From assembly GCA_036985995.1 (NCBI GenBank), contig BTQS01000002.1, positions 1 through 38,577 of the forward strand: a stretch of 38,577 bases of DNA. The letters are read 5' to 3'. Each line of letters opens with the position of its first letter. Within the stretch, counting starts at the first letter, position 1. Shown here in pieces: positions 7,008 through 16,481 of this stretch. A program made the position numbers and the translations under genes. Under the pieces are notes generated by a model that searched no databases, was not told where the DNA came from, and saw only the letters and a list, made by a program, of their open reading frames with translations. The stretch comes from Acidimicrobiia bacterium (lineage in GTDB: Bacteria; Actinomycetota; Acidimicrobiia; Spongiisociales; UBA5794).

Positions 7008-7819
7008 CGCGAACAGGAGATCTGTTTGTCGAAGGTGAGTCCTGCCTGCTCGCAGACGTCAAGAACCGCCAGTTCCTGTTGACTCTCGATCCGACCAAGA
7101 CGTTCCAGTTCGACAAAGGGACGATCGGACATTCTGAGATCATCGGATCACCTGAGGGTTCCACGTTGCGTTCGTCGACCGGTTCCACACTCATAGCGAT
7201 GCGGCCCCGACTGGCTGATCACGTTCTGCGTATGAAGCGCGGAGCCGCGGTGATGTACCCGAAAGACGCTGGAGCCTTGATGACGTGGGCAGATATCGCT
7301 CCCGGGTGCGTCGTTGTCGAGGCCGGTACCGGATCGGGTGCGCTGACGATCGCCCTTTCCAGGGCCGTAGGCCCCACCGGGGCGGTGATCAGCGTCGAGC
7401 GACGCCGAGACCATGGGACCCATGCAAGGAGGCTGATCGAGTCCTTCGCGGGCGCCGTGCCCGGCAATGTCGACCTTCGGATCGGCGAAGTCGAGCACGT
7501 CCTGAGTCAGGTGCGCCCGGATCGGATCGTTCTCGATCTTCCTGAGCCTTGGCACTCGGTGCCGATAGCGGCAGAAGTACTCCCCGGAGGAGGTGGGTTC
7601 GCGTGTTACCTCCCGACCGTCCCACAGGTTGAGCAAGTCAGAGCAGCGCTGTCGAACACAAGGGCGTTCACCGGATCAGAGACATTCGAGATCATGATGC
7701 GAACATGGACGGTGGACGGCAAAAGCGTGAGACCAGATCACCGCATGGTCGGCCACACGGGGTTTCTCACCGTCTCACGGAAGCGACTACCCGAGACTGA
7801 CAGTGGGCGCTCGTTATGA
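7004..7819 (+). CDS. trmI: tRNA (adenine58-N1)-methyltransferase TrmI (Rv2118c-like)
   Basis: Translation: MTRTGDLFVEGESCLLADVKNRQFLLTL...KRGAAVMYPKDAGALMTWADIAPGCVVVEAGTGSGALTIALSRAVGPTGAVISVERR...RPDHRMVGHTGFLTVSRK. This is collinear with mycobacterial TrmI as I remember it. The SAM motif is EAGTGSGALT, and the gene sits next to arc as in mycobacteria. The 82-codon upstream extension of the track ORF is rejected. Confidence 0.85.
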   Translation: MTRTGDLFVEGESCLLADVKNRQFLLTLDPTKTFQFDKGTIGHSEIIGSPEGSTLRSSTGSTLIAMRPRLADHVLRMKRGAAVMYPKDAGALMTWADIAPGCVVVEAGTGSGALTIALSRAVGPTGAVISVERRRDHGTHARRLIESFAGAVPGNVDLRIGEVEHVLSQVRPDRIVLDLPEPWHSVPIAAEVLPGGGGFACYLPTVPQVEQVRAALSNTRAFTGSETFEIMMRTWTVDGKSVRPDHRMVGHTGFLTVSRKRLPETDSGRSL

Positions 7820-7894
7820 AAACGCCGTACCCGAGAAACAAGAAGAACCTGGTTAGAGATACCTGCGTTCGCCTTCGATGAGCGAGTTGCTGTT

Positions 7895-8140
7895 CTACGG
7901 TTCGATGAAGATGCACTCGCCTGGGCATTCTTCGGCAGACTCAACGACGAGATCCATCTGGTCATCCGGAAAGTTGGCCAATCCTTTGGCACCCTCGAGA
8001 TTGCCTTCCGACTCGGCGAACACCGTGTCGCCTTCCTTGACGTAAGCGAGGCCGTCGTCGAGCAACACAAACACGTCTGGCGCGATCTCTTCGCAGAGTC
8101 CGTCGCCGGTACAAAGATCCTGATCGATCCAGACCTTCAT
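7895..8140 (-). CDS. Single-cluster ferredoxin (3Fe-4S/4Fe-4S type)
   Basis: Translation: MKVWIDQDLCTGDGLCEEIAPDVF...ECPGECIFIEP. The Cys pattern CxxxxxC...CP is typical of small actinobacterial ferredoxins. The ATG at 8140 is preceded by AAAGGAAG. Confidence 0.8.
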   Translation of the reverse strand: MKVWIDQDLCTGDGLCEEIAPDVFVLLDDGLAYVKEGDTVFAESEGNLEGAKGLANFPDDQMDLVVESAEECPGECIFIEP

Positions 8141-8288
8141 CTTGCTTCCTTTGTGATGGGTTCCGTTGTGGCTCACGAAAATGAGCGCCACGCCTCAATC
8201 TAGCGCCACAACGTCCGATATTGACAGAACCACGTCCTACACTCGAATCATGGAAACGAACGACGATCGACCGGGCGAGGAGGTCGAG

Positions 8289-10001
8289 ATGTCAGATGCA
8301 GAGGCTCCACGCAACGAACCTACCGTTGCGATGCTCGAAGAGGAGATAGCAGTCCTACGGCGCAGACTGCTCGATGCGCCGCGACGGGTGCGCCTGCTCG
8401 AGGAACGTCTGATCGACATTCGGAATCAGTTGGCCCAGGCGACCAGCCAGAATGAGAAGCTCGCAACTGTGCTGACAGAAACTCGCGAGCAGCTTGCCCT
8501 TCTGCGTGACGAGGTCGAAAAGCTCACTGCGCCGCCGAACCCTTTCGGAACAGTGATCGGCATCAATTCGGATGGAACCGTCGATGTTCTGGCTTCCGGC
8601 CGGAAGCTGAGAGTCTCGGTAGAGCCGACGGTCGAGATCAAGGAGCTCGAACGTGGCCAGGAAGTCATCCTGAACGAAGCGTTCAACATCGTCGACGTCC
8701 GCGCATTCGAATCGACCGGCGACATAGCGACGATCAAGGAGCTGCTCGGTGATGAAAGGCTCGTCGTATTGGCAAGGGGGGATGAAGAACTGGTGGTGAC
8801 CCGCGGAGCACCTGTCCACGACGAGTATCTCCGTGCCGGGGACCTGGTCAGGCTCGAAGCGAAGACAGGGATAGTTCTCGAGAAGATCGATCGGCCGGAG
8901 GTCGAAGAGCTGATCCTCGAGGAAGTGCCCGACATCACCTACATGGACATTGGTGGCCTGGATTCCCAGATAGAGACCATCCAGGATGCGGTCGAACTCC
9001 CATACCTCCATCGCCGACGCTTCAAGGCATATAGTCTCCAAGCGCCCAAGGGCGTGTTGCTGTATGGCCCTCCCGGGTGCGGTAAGACGCTCATCGCCAA
9101 GGCTGTGGCGAATTCTCTCGCAAGGACGGTGGCAGAGAGCACAGGATCCTTGGACACACGGTCTTACTTCCTGAACATCAAGGGACCGGAGCTGCTCAAC
9201 AAGTACGTTGGGGAGACTGAGAGACAGATCCGACTGATCTTCCAGCGGGCCAAGGAGAAGTCTGACGAAGGTGTGCCTGTGATCGTGTTCTTCGACGAGA
9301 TGGACTCGCTATTCCGAACGCGGGGAACCGGTGTGTCATCAGATGTCGAATCGACGATCGTCCCGCAGCTTCTGAGCGAACTCGACGGCGTCGAGTCCCT
9401 CAAGAACGTCATCGTCATTGGTGCCTCGAACAGAGAAGACCTCATCGACCCGGCCATCCTTCGCCCGGGACGATTGGATGTCAAGATCAAGATCGAGAGG
9501 CCTGACAAGGATTCCGCAAGCAAGATCTTCGCGATCTATCTCACCGAAGACCTCCCGTATGACGCGGGAGAGATCGAGCAGTTCGTCACCGTCGACGCAT
9601 TGATCGAGAATACGATAGACAAGACGACGGAGGCCATGTATGCCGAGGGAGTCGCGAATCGCTTCCTCGAGGTCACCTATGCCAACGGAGACAGAGAAGA
9701 ACTCTATTTCAAGGACTTTGCCTCAGGTGCGATGATCGAGAACATCGTACGAAGAGCAAAGAAGGATGCCATCAAACGAGAAATCGCTGATGGGTCATCT
9801 GGCCTGAAACTCGATGATCTCCTCAACGCCGTCGCCCAGGAGTTCCGCGAACACGAGGATCTCCCCAACACGACCAACCCCGATGATTGGGCGAGGATCT
9901 CTGGAAAGAAGGGCGAGCGCATCGTATATGTGAGGACGCTCATCGATGGTGATGGCGAGCAACGCTCGATCGAAGCCGTCTCTCCCGGCCAATACCTCTG
10001 A
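8289..10001 (+). CDS. arc: Proteasome-associated AAA ATPase ARC/Mpa
   Basis: An N-terminal coiled coil is followed by OB domains. Walker A: [24 protein letters not shown]. Also [16 protein letters not shown] and [27 protein letters not shown]. The C-terminal GQYL is the proteasome-docking motif. The start is uncertain: the ATG at 8289 has GAGGAGG 5 nt upstream, and in-frame alternatives exist at ATG 8250, ATG 8182 and GTG 8166. Confidence 0.95.
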   Translation: MSDAEAPRNEPTVAMLEEEIAVLRRRLLDAPRRVRLLEERLIDIRNQLAQATSQNEKLATVLTETREQLALLRDEVEKLTAPPNPFGTVIGINSDGTVDVLASGRKLRVSVEPTVEIKELERGQEVILNEAFNIVDVRAFESTGDIATIKELLGDERLVVLARGDEELVVTRGAPVHDEYLRAGDLVRLEAKTGIVLEKIDRPEVEELILEEVPDITYMDIGGLDSQIETIQDAVELPYLHRRRFKAYSLQAPKGVLLYGPPGCGKTLIAKAVANSLARTVAESTGSLDTRSYFLNIKGPELLNKYVGETERQIRLIFQRAKEKSDEGVPVIVFFDEMDSLFRTRGTGVSSDVESTIVPQLLSELDGVESLKNVIVIGASNREDLIDPAILRPGRLDVKIKIERPDKDSASKIFAIYLTEDLPYDAGEIEQFVTVDALIENTIDKTTEAMYAEGVANRFLEVTYANGDREELYFKDFASGAMIENIVRRAKKDAIKREIADGSSGLKLDDLLNAVAQEFREHEDLPNTTNPDDWARISGKKGERIVYVRTLIDGDGEQRSIEAVSPGQYL

Positions 10002-10003
10002 TC

Positions 10004-11488
10004 ATGGCAGTACCCCATGTCCTCGGCACCGAGGTTGAATACGGCATCACGATCACAAACGATCCGTCATTCAATCCTGTGGCAGCGTCTTCATCGATCG
10101 TCAACGCGCACGCGCAGGGGTCTGACAGGATCCGATGGTCCTATGACAATGAATCCCCCGGACGTGACGCACGAGGATTCTCCCTTGCGGAGATACCCAT
10201 CGATGAGACCGATTCAGGGCTCGTGAACGCTGTGCTCCACAACGGTGCCCGTCTGTACGTCGACCATGCCCATCCCGAGTACTCGACGCCCGAATGTGCA
10301 GAACCTCTGGAAGCCACCCTGTACGACAAGGCGGGCGAACTGATCATGCACAGAGCAGCGAACCATGTGAATGGGACACTCAGAGACGGCATGCGCATGC
10401 TGATTCACAAGAACAATTCAGATGGCAAAGGCAACTCGTACGGTGCCCACGAGAACTATTTGGTTCCGAGATCCGTCCCCTTCGGAGCGATAGTGCATCA
10501 GATGACGGCGTTCCTCGTTTCGAGGCAGATCTTCACAGGGTCGGGCAAGGTCGGGTCGGAGCATGGGCGGCCGTCGGTGGAGTACCAGCTCACCCAACGG
10601 GCAGACTTCTTCGAGGAGGAAGTGGGACTCGAAACAACGCTGAAGCGACCGATCATCAACACGCGCGACGAACCTCACGCAGATCCGAGCAAATACCGTC
10701 GGCTGCACGTCATCTTCGGTGACGCGACGATGTCCGAGGTCCAAACCTTCGTCAAGCTCGGTTCGACGTCTCTGATGCTCATGGCATTGTCTGACGGTGC
10801 TCTCGGAGAACCAATACGTCTGAAAGACCCGGTCGGGGCGGTCACACAGGTCTCGCACGACATTTCGGGATGCGTAGCGCTTGATCTTGCCGAAGGCACC
10901 CGAACCAGCGCAGTCGAGCTTCAGGGAAGCTACCTGGCGGTACTCGAGGATTACGTCGGAACAGCCGGTCTACCGCCTGTCTACAAGCAGGTGCTGTTGG
11001 AATGGCGTGCACTTCTCGAAGACTTCACGATCGGATACGAAGCCGTCTCCGATCGCCTCGATTGGGCGGCCAAACTCTCGATCATGAACGCCTACCGCGA
11101 GCGGGACGGTTTGCAGTGGTCCGATCCGAAGTTCACTCTCCTTGATCTCCAATATCACGATATCGACCCCGCGCGTGGCCTCTACCACCGCCTCGTGAAG
11201 GGTGGAAGAATGCGATCCTTGTTCACGACGAATGAGATCGCCTCCGCAGCTTTGGAACCTCCAACAACAACGAGAGCCTGGTTTCGAGGCGAGTGTCTGC
11301 GCCGATATCCCGGAGAGGTGGTTGCTGCCAACTGGGACTCACTGGTATTCGACATCGGTCAATCAACCCTCGTGCGCGTCCCTATGATGGAGCCACTGCG
11401 AGGGTCTCGAGCCCTCGTCGAAGAACTACTGGCCGCAAGCCCGGACGCAGCCACCCTTATCGACAAGCTCGGAGGGTCAGATGACTGA
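10004..11488 (+). CDS. dop: Pup deamidase/depupylase Dop
   Basis: Translation: MAVPHVLGTEVEYGITI...RLYVDHAHPEYSTPEC...NSYGAHENYL...[20 protein letters not shown]. This is the carboxylate-amine ligase fold shared with PafA. At 494 aa it is longer than PafA, and it sits between arc and pup as in mycobacteria. Confidence 0.9.
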   Translation: MAVPHVLGTEVEYGITITNDPSFNPVAASSSIVNAHAQGSDRIRWSYDNESPGRDARGFSLAEIPIDETDSGLVNAVLHNGARLYVDHAHPEYSTPECAEPLEATLYDKAGELIMHRAANHVNGTLRDGMRMLIHKNNSDGKGNSYGAHENYLVPRSVPFGAIVHQMTAFLVSRQIFTGSGKVGSEHGRPSVEYQLTQRADFFEEEVGLETTLKRPIINTRDEPHADPSKYRRLHVIFGDATMSEVQTFVKLGSTSLMLMALSDGALGEPIRLKDPVGAVTQVSHDISGCVALDLAEGTRTSAVELQGSYLAVLEDYVGTAGLPPVYKQVLLEWRALLEDFTIGYEAVSDRLDWAAKLSIMNAYRERDGLQWSDPKFTLLDLQYHDIDPARGLYHRLVKGGRMRSLFTTNEIASAALEPPTTTRAWFRGECLRRYPGEVVAANWDSLVFDIGQSTLVRVPMMEPLRGSRALVEELLAASPDAATLIDKLGGSDD

Positions 11489-11666
11489 ACGAGAACGACG
11501 ATCGCAGCACAGAGACGCGCAGCAAGAAGAAGAGCACGAGACACCTGCGGCGCGCGGCGAAGAGGTAGCTGAGAAGATCGACGACCTTCTCGATGAGATC
11601 GACACGGTGCTCGAGGAGAATGCAGAGGAATTCGTCAAGAACTACGTCCAGAAGGGTGGCGAGTGA
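11481..11666 (+). CDS. pup: Prokaryotic ubiquitin-like protein Pup, C-terminal GGE form
   Basis: 61 aa, acidic and low-complexity: ...EKIDDLLDEIDTVLEENAEEFVKNYVQKGGE*. It overlaps the dop stop by 8 nt and the prcB start by 4 nt. Confidence 0.95.
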   Translation: MTERERRSQHRDAQQEEEHETPAARGEEVAEKIDDLLDEIDTVLEENAEEFVKNYVQKGGE

Positions 11667-12460
11667 AACGAGAACGGGCTGGAATCGGCCCGCTTCGGAT
11701 CGGCGAGCCGATCGCCGATGGATCTTTCACATCGGTTCTTGAACACCGGGGGCTTGCACCCGTATGGCAGTTCGATTCTCTTCCGTCCGATGTTGTACCC
11801 GAGGCAACGACTGTTCTCGCGATGACATGGGCGGACGGCGTGCTCATAGCCGGTGACCGTCGTGCTACGGCGGGCAATCTCATCGCTCATAGGAGAGTCC
11901 GCAAGGTCTATCCAGCCGACGAATTCTCCGCTGTCGCCATCTCAGGTACAGCCGGTATGGCCGTTGAACTGATCAAGCTCTTCCAGACGGAGCTCGAACA
12001 TTACGAGAAGATCGAAGGCGCGCGCCTGAGCCTCGAGGGAAAGGCAAACTATCTCGCTCGCATGATCAGGGGCAACCTCGCAATGGCCTTCCAGGGTCTC
12101 GTCGTGATCCCGCTCTTCTGCGGTTTCGATGAGAGGAAGCAGGCGGGACGACTGTTCTCGTTTGACGTCGTCGGCGGCAAATACGACGAGCTCAGTTATG
12201 CGACGACAGGATCCGGTGGCAGCGAAGCAAAGTCATTCCTCAAGGCGGAATGGAAACCAGACCTCGATCGAGATGCGGCGCTGTCGATGGCGGTCGAAGC
12301 ACTCGTGGCTGCCGCAGAGGAAGATGCGGCGACAGGAGGGCCAGACATCAGGCGCAACATCTATCCGAGCATCGTGACGGTGACAACCCACGGCGTTGAC
12401 GAGGTAGCCGACACCGAACTGTCGGGCATAGCGGAAACGGTTCTGGACGGTCGACCATGA
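11663..12460 (+). CDS. prcB: 20S proteasome beta subunit PrcB (with a 48-aa propeptide)
   Basis: GTG start in a GTGA overlap with the pup stop. Translation: GSFTSVLEH...PEA/TTVLAMTWADGVLIAGDRRATAGNLIAHRRVRKVY...GSGGSEAKSFLK...ATGGPD. The catalytic Thr1 codon is at 11807-11809. Confidence 0.95.
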   Translation: MKRERAGIGPLRIGEPIADGSFTSVLEHRGLAPVWQFDSLPSDVVPEATTVLAMTWADGVLIAGDRRATAGNLIAHRRVRKVYPADEFSAVAISGTAGMAVELIKLFQTELEHYEKIEGARLSLEGKANYLARMIRGNLAMAFQGLVVIPLFCGFDERKQAGRLFSFDVVGGKYDELSYATTGSGGSEAKSFLKAEWKPDLDRDAALSMAVEALVAAAEEDAATGGPDIRRNIYPSIVTVTTHGVDEVADTELSGIAETVLDGRP

Positions 12461-13140
12461 CCATGCCCTTCTATGTTCCTCCGGAACAGCTCGTCAAGGA
12501 TCGCGCCGATTTCGCCAAGAAGGGCATCGGACGGGGAAGACCGATCGTCGTCTTGCAGCTCGACGTCGGCATCCTCCTCATCGGTGAGAATTCTTCTCCC
12601 TCGCTTCGCAAGATCGGCGAGGTATACGACCGAATCGCATTTGCCGGTGTTGGACGCTTCAACGAGTTCGAAACCCTGCGAGTCGCGGGAGTTCGATATG
12701 CCGATCTGAAGGGTTATTCGTACGCGCGAGGCGACGTAACGGGCAAGGGTCTCGCGAATGCCTACAGCCAAACGCTTGGTCAGATTTTCAGCCACGAAGT
12801 CAAACCCTACGAGGTCGACATCATTGTCGCCGAGCTCGGATTCGACGTGGCGGGCGACAAGTTCTTTCGCGTACAGTTCGACGGGACTCTTCGAGATGCC
12901 GAGCAAGTGGCCGTGCTCGGTGCTGGCGAGGAGGCAATCGCTGAGTCCCTCAGGGAGTCCGTACGCCTGGATCTGTCCCTGGCTGAAGCCGTACAGCTCG
13001 CAACAGGTGCAATCGCACACGCAGAGGACCGCGACATCGCGGCGTCTGCATGGGAGACAGGCTTCCTCGATCGGGCACGACACCGACGAACCTTCCGCAG
13101 GCTTGACATCGAGGAGTACGAGACGACCAGCAGTACATAA
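12457..13140 (+). CDS. prcA: 20S proteasome alpha subunit PrcA
   Basis: ATGA overlap with prcB. The translation [33 protein letters not shown]...[19 protein letters not shown] resembles mycobacterial PrcA ([29 protein letters not shown]) as I remember it. Confidence 0.95.
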   Translation: MTMPFYVPPEQLVKDRADFAKKGIGRGRPIVVLQLDVGILLIGENSSPSLRKIGEVYDRIAFAGVGRFNEFETLRVAGVRYADLKGYSYARGDVTGKGLANAYSQTLGQIFSHEVKPYEVDIIVAELGFDVAGDKFFRVQFDGTLRDAEQVAVLGAGEEAIAESLRESVRLDLSLAEAVQLATGAIAHAEDRDIAASAWETGFLDRARHRRTFRRLDIEEYETTSST

Positions 13141-13172
13141 CAGCGAAGCTCCCTCGTCGCTGTTATGTGCTG
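13131..13172 (+). promoter_or_regulatory. Strong stem-loop (16-bp stem with one G-U, 10-nt loop) between prcA and pafA
   Basis: CAGTACATAACAGCGA (13131-13146) pairs with TCGCTGTTATGTGCTG (13157-13172). Twelve central bp are perfect; the loop is AGCTCCCTCG. The left arm contains the prcA TAA. The right arm contains GTG 13167. No T-tract follows. Confidence 0.6.
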
Positions 13173-13184
13173 TACCCTGAACTC

Positions 13185-14540
13185 GTGCAAAGACGGATTT
13201 TCGGTATCGAAAACGAATACGGCGTAACCTGCGTTCTGCGTGGTCAGCGGAGGCTATCGCCTGATGAAGTCGCGCGATACCTCTTTCGTCGGGTGGTGTC
13301 CTGGGGTCGATCGTCCAACGTCTTCCTGGAGAACGGCTCGAGGCTCTATCTCGACGTCGGCAGTCATCCTGAGTACGCGACACCCGAATGCGACAGCCTG
13401 TACGACGTCGTTGCCCATGACAAAGCCGGAGAACGGATTCTCGAAGGCCTCGTCGAGTCGGCAGAGCTTCGTCTGGCCGAGGAAGGGATCCGCGGCGATA
13501 TCTACCTGTATCGGAACAACACTGATTCGGCAGGCAACTCATACGGATGCCACGAGAACTACCTGATCCGAAGACATGCCGACTTCCAGCGAACCATCGA
13601 CACGCTCATCCCATACCTCGTGACTCGGCAGATCTGGGCTGGTGCGGGCAAGCTGCTCAATACGGCTAGAGGCACCGTCTATTCCCTGGCACAGCGCGCC
13701 GAACACATCTGGGAAGGGAGCTCGTCCGCGACGACGCGGTCGAGGCCGATAATCAATACCAGGGACGAACCACATGCAGACGCCGAGAGGTACAGACGCT
13801 TGCATGTGATTGCAGGCGACTCGAACATGTCCGAGTACGTCACCTACACGAAGATCGGCGCGACGGTCGCTTTGCTCCAGATGCTCGAGGATGAAGTCGT
13901 GTTCCGTGACCTCACACTCGAGAATCCGATCAGGGCGATTCGCGAGATAAGCCACGACATCACGTGTCGGCGAAGAATCAGGCTTGCAAACGGGCGGGAG
14001 CTATCTGCTCTCGACATCCAGTGGGAGTATCTCGGGCGCGTCATGCGCTACGCCAGGGTATCTGGGGTCACGCCCGAGATCGAGCGAGCGATCTCGATGT
14101 GGGAACATCTCCTCACTGGTCTCGAAAAGGATCCAATGACGCTCCACAGAGAAGTGGACTGGGTTGCGAAACACCACCTGATGGAGCGCTACCGCCTCAA
14201 ACACGATCTTCCGTTGTCCTCAGCCAAACTGGCTCTCATTGATCTCAACTACCACGACGTCAACCGGAAGCGGGGGCTCTATTACATGATGGAGACCGCA
14301 GGGCTGATGGATCGAATCGTGACCGACGATGCGATCACCGAAGCAATGTTGCGACCACCCGCGACGACTAGGGCTCGACTTCGAGGCGAGTTCATCAAGG
14401 CGGCAAAGGCGAAACGTCGAGACTTCACCGTGGATTGGGTGCATCTCAAGCTGAATGATCAGGCACAACGGACCGTGCTCTGCAAGGACCCGTTCAAGGC
14501 ATATGACGAACGGGTTGACCGCCTCATCGAAAGTCTTTGA
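13185..14540 (+). CDS. pafA: Pup-protein ligase PafA
   Basis: The translation from GTG 13185, [16 protein letters not shown]...[17 protein letters not shown]...[10 protein letters not shown]...[23 protein letters not shown], matches the MQRRIMGIETEFGVTC N-terminus I remember for M. tuberculosis PafA. An alternative GTG at 13167 (the track ORF start) lies inside the hairpin stem. Confidence 0.92.
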   Translation: MQRRIFGIENEYGVTCVLRGQRRLSPDEVARYLFRRVVSWGRSSNVFLENGSRLYLDVGSHPEYATPECDSLYDVVAHDKAGERILEGLVESAELRLAEEGIRGDIYLYRNNTDSAGNSYGCHENYLIRRHADFQRTIDTLIPYLVTRQIWAGAGKLLNTARGTVYSLAQRAEHIWEGSSSATTRSRPIINTRDEPHADAERYRRLHVIAGDSNMSEYVTYTKIGATVALLQMLEDEVVFRDLTLENPIRAIREISHDITCRRRIRLANGRELSALDIQWEYLGRVMRYARVSGVTPEIERAISMWEHLLTGLEKDPMTLHREVDWVAKHHLMERYRLKHDLPLSSAKLALIDLNYHDVNRKRGLYYMMETAGLMDRIVTDDAITEAMLRPPATTRARLRGEFIKAAKAKRRDFTVDWVHLKLNDQAQRTVLCKDPFKAYDERVDRLIESL

Positions 14541-14582
14541 CAGTACTTCCACACAGACGATGACACCGATACGCTGACATGG

Positions 14583-15518
14583 ATGCAGAAGGTCATCGAA
14601 CGTATCCTGAATCTCCTCGCATTCCTGCTCACCGTGGGGAGGCCGGTGACGGCTGAGGAGATCCGAAACACCGTCAAGGGATACGAGCAAACCACCGATG
14701 AGGCCTTCAGACGAACCTTTGAGCGAGACAAGGATCTCCTCCGAACTCTCGGTGTTCCGATCACCCTTCGTCATACCGACATCTGGGAGGTGGAACTGGG
14801 TTATGTCGTCCCGACTGATGAGTACGCGATCACCGATCCGGGACTCACCGACGAGGAGCGATCGGCACTGCTTCTTGCCGCACAGGCTGTTCGCTTCGGC
14901 GGACAAGCGACGGAGGCTGCAGCGATATTCAAACTTGGAGGCGCTATCGGATCGACCGGAGCGGCCTTCGCCGCAGATCTTGGTCACGACCTCGCACTCC
15001 TGGGTGAACTGTTCCAGGCCGTCACCGATCGACACCGAGTTCTCTTCACCTACAAGAACCGCCCCCGAACCGCAGAGCCGTATGGACTCGGACATCGTTT
15101 CGGACACTGGTATCTCCTTGCCAGAGAGCCTGGTCGGGACGAGGTCGTGAAGGCCTTCAGAGTCGATCGCATGAGCCAGATGAAGGTCGATGAAGCAGCC
15201 GGCGCGTTCTCACGTCCCGCCGGGTTCAAACCATCCGCGGCTCTGGCGAACTTCACCCCCACATTCGGCTCGAGCAATCCAAGGGCCAGGGTCAGGTTCG
15301 ATGCTGACATCGCAGATGTTGCGATCAGTCAGGCAGCCGTCGCAGAGGAATATTCGCGAGCGCCCGACTCCGTCACCGTTGATGTCTTTGTCTCCTCCGA
15401 GTCCGCTTTCATTGGATGGATCCTCGGATTCGATGACAAGGCTGTGATCGAATCACCGGCTGAGCTCGTTGATTCGTTTCTCGCGCACCTGGCCTTTGGG
15501 AGACCATGTGAGCTCTGA
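14583..15518 (+). CDS. pafB: HTH/WYL-domain transcriptional regulator PafB
   Basis: The N-terminal winged-HTH pattern (RILNLLAFLLTVGRPVTAEEIRNTV...FERDKDLLRTLGVPI) is followed by a WYL-like region (HRFGHWYLLAREPGRDEVVKAFRVDRM). The gene lies directly after pafA. Confidence 0.85.
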   Translation: MQKVIERILNLLAFLLTVGRPVTAEEIRNTVKGYEQTTDEAFRRTFERDKDLLRTLGVPITLRHTDIWEVELGYVVPTDEYAITDPGLTDEERSALLLAAQAVRFGGQATEAAAIFKLGGAIGSTGAAFAADLGHDLALLGELFQAVTDRHRVLFTYKNRPRTAEPYGLGHRFGHWYLLAREPGRDEVVKAFRVDRMSQMKVDEAAGAFSRPAGFKPSAALANFTPTFGSSNPRARVRFDADIADVAISQAAVAEEYSRAPDSVTVDVFVSSESAFIGWILGFDDKAVIESPAELVDSFLAHLAFGRPCEL

Positions 15519-16446
15519 CCGGACGGCGCAGCGCCTTTCGAGGATTCTTTCGATGCTCCCTTGGGTGATCGGCCACGATGGCGCAGAGATGGACGAGCTG
15601 ATCGAGCGCTTCGACTACAAGAACAAAGCAGATCTCGTCAAGGATCTACACCTCGTGTTCATGACTGGCCTTCCCGGTTACGGACCTGGTGATCTGATCG
15701 ATGTCGACATATTCGAGGACGAGGTCTTCATTGATGCTGCAGACTACTTTTCCAGTCCACTGCGACTAACCGCTCCCGAAGCCCTGGGTCTTCTGGCTGC
15801 CGGACTGACATTCATCGAGTCGGAGCAGGCGCCTCCCGCTCTCGTGTCCGCGGTTGACAAGCTGACGGCTGCCGTGGTCCCAGACGCTGCGTCTCTCGTT
15901 TCTTTCGACGTTCCTACGCCCGACTCTGTCGCTGTTCTCAAGAGCGCGATCGAGAGACGTCACGTCGTGCGGATCACCTATGTCGCACTCGCGACGAATC
16001 AACGAACCGAGCGTGACGTGGAGGGTCGATCCGTCCTCTTCAATCTGGGTAACTGGTATCTCTCTGGATTCTGCAGGGAGGCCAAGGCCGAGCGGGTGTT
16101 TCGCGTCGACAGGATCGCTACGATCGACGAGCTCCCGGAAACCTACGAACTGGCAGAGACAGCGACCAGCGGGATCGTACGGTATAGGCCGGATGTCTCC
16201 GATACGCATGTGAGTTTCACGACAGACCCGTCCTCTGGATGGGTGTCTGAGTACTATCCCGTGGACGCAGTCGATCTCGACGATGGCTCACAACGGATCA
16301 CCATGTCCGTTTCAGATCCCCTGGTTGCCGCAAGGCTCCTGATTCGGCTTGGCAGCGCCGTGTCCGATATCGAAGGTACCGACGTGATCGAAGCGATGGA
16401 CGATCTACGTTGTCGCATACGTGCGCGATATCCGAACGCACAATGA
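15508..16446 (+). CDS. pafC: HTH/WYL-domain transcriptional regulator PafC
   Basis: Translation: VSSDRTAQRLSRILSMLPWVIGHDGAEMDELIERF...GNWYLSGFCREAKAERVFRVDRI. I prefer the GTG at 15508, which overlaps pafB by 11 nt. The track ORF begins at 15469. Confidence 0.85.
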   Translation: MSSDRTAQRLSRILSMLPWVIGHDGAEMDELIERFDYKNKADLVKDLHLVFMTGLPGYGPGDLIDVDIFEDEVFIDAADYFSSPLRLTAPEALGLLAAGLTFIESEQAPPALVSAVDKLTAAVVPDAASLVSFDVPTPDSVAVLKSAIERRHVVRITYVALATNQRTERDVEGRSVLFNLGNWYLSGFCREAKAERVFRVDRIATIDELPETYELAETATSGIVRYRPDVSDTHVSFTTDPSSGWVSEYYPVDAVDLDDGSQRITMSVSDPLVAARLLIRLGSAVSDIEGTDVIEAMDDLRCRIRARYPNAQ

Positions 16447-16481
16447 CTATGCGGTGAATAGTCCTTTATTCCGACCTTCAG

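Noticed and set aside
8221-8249. Perfect TTGACA hexamer upstream of arc as a -35 element
   Set aside because: No acceptable TAnnnT -10 lies at 16-18 nt. TACACT is only 11 nt away, and the properly spaced hexamer is CGAATC. Not reported as a promoter.
12361-13542. 393-aa ORF on the minus strand
   Set aside because: It lies antisense to prcA and pafA, whose translations have unmistakable family signatures. The antisense product is Arg/Ser/Cys-rich and low-complexity. This is a typical high-GC shadow ORF.
14220-15107. 295-aa ORF on the minus strand
   Set aside because: It is antisense to the pafA 3' end and pafB. No motifs. Shadow ORF.
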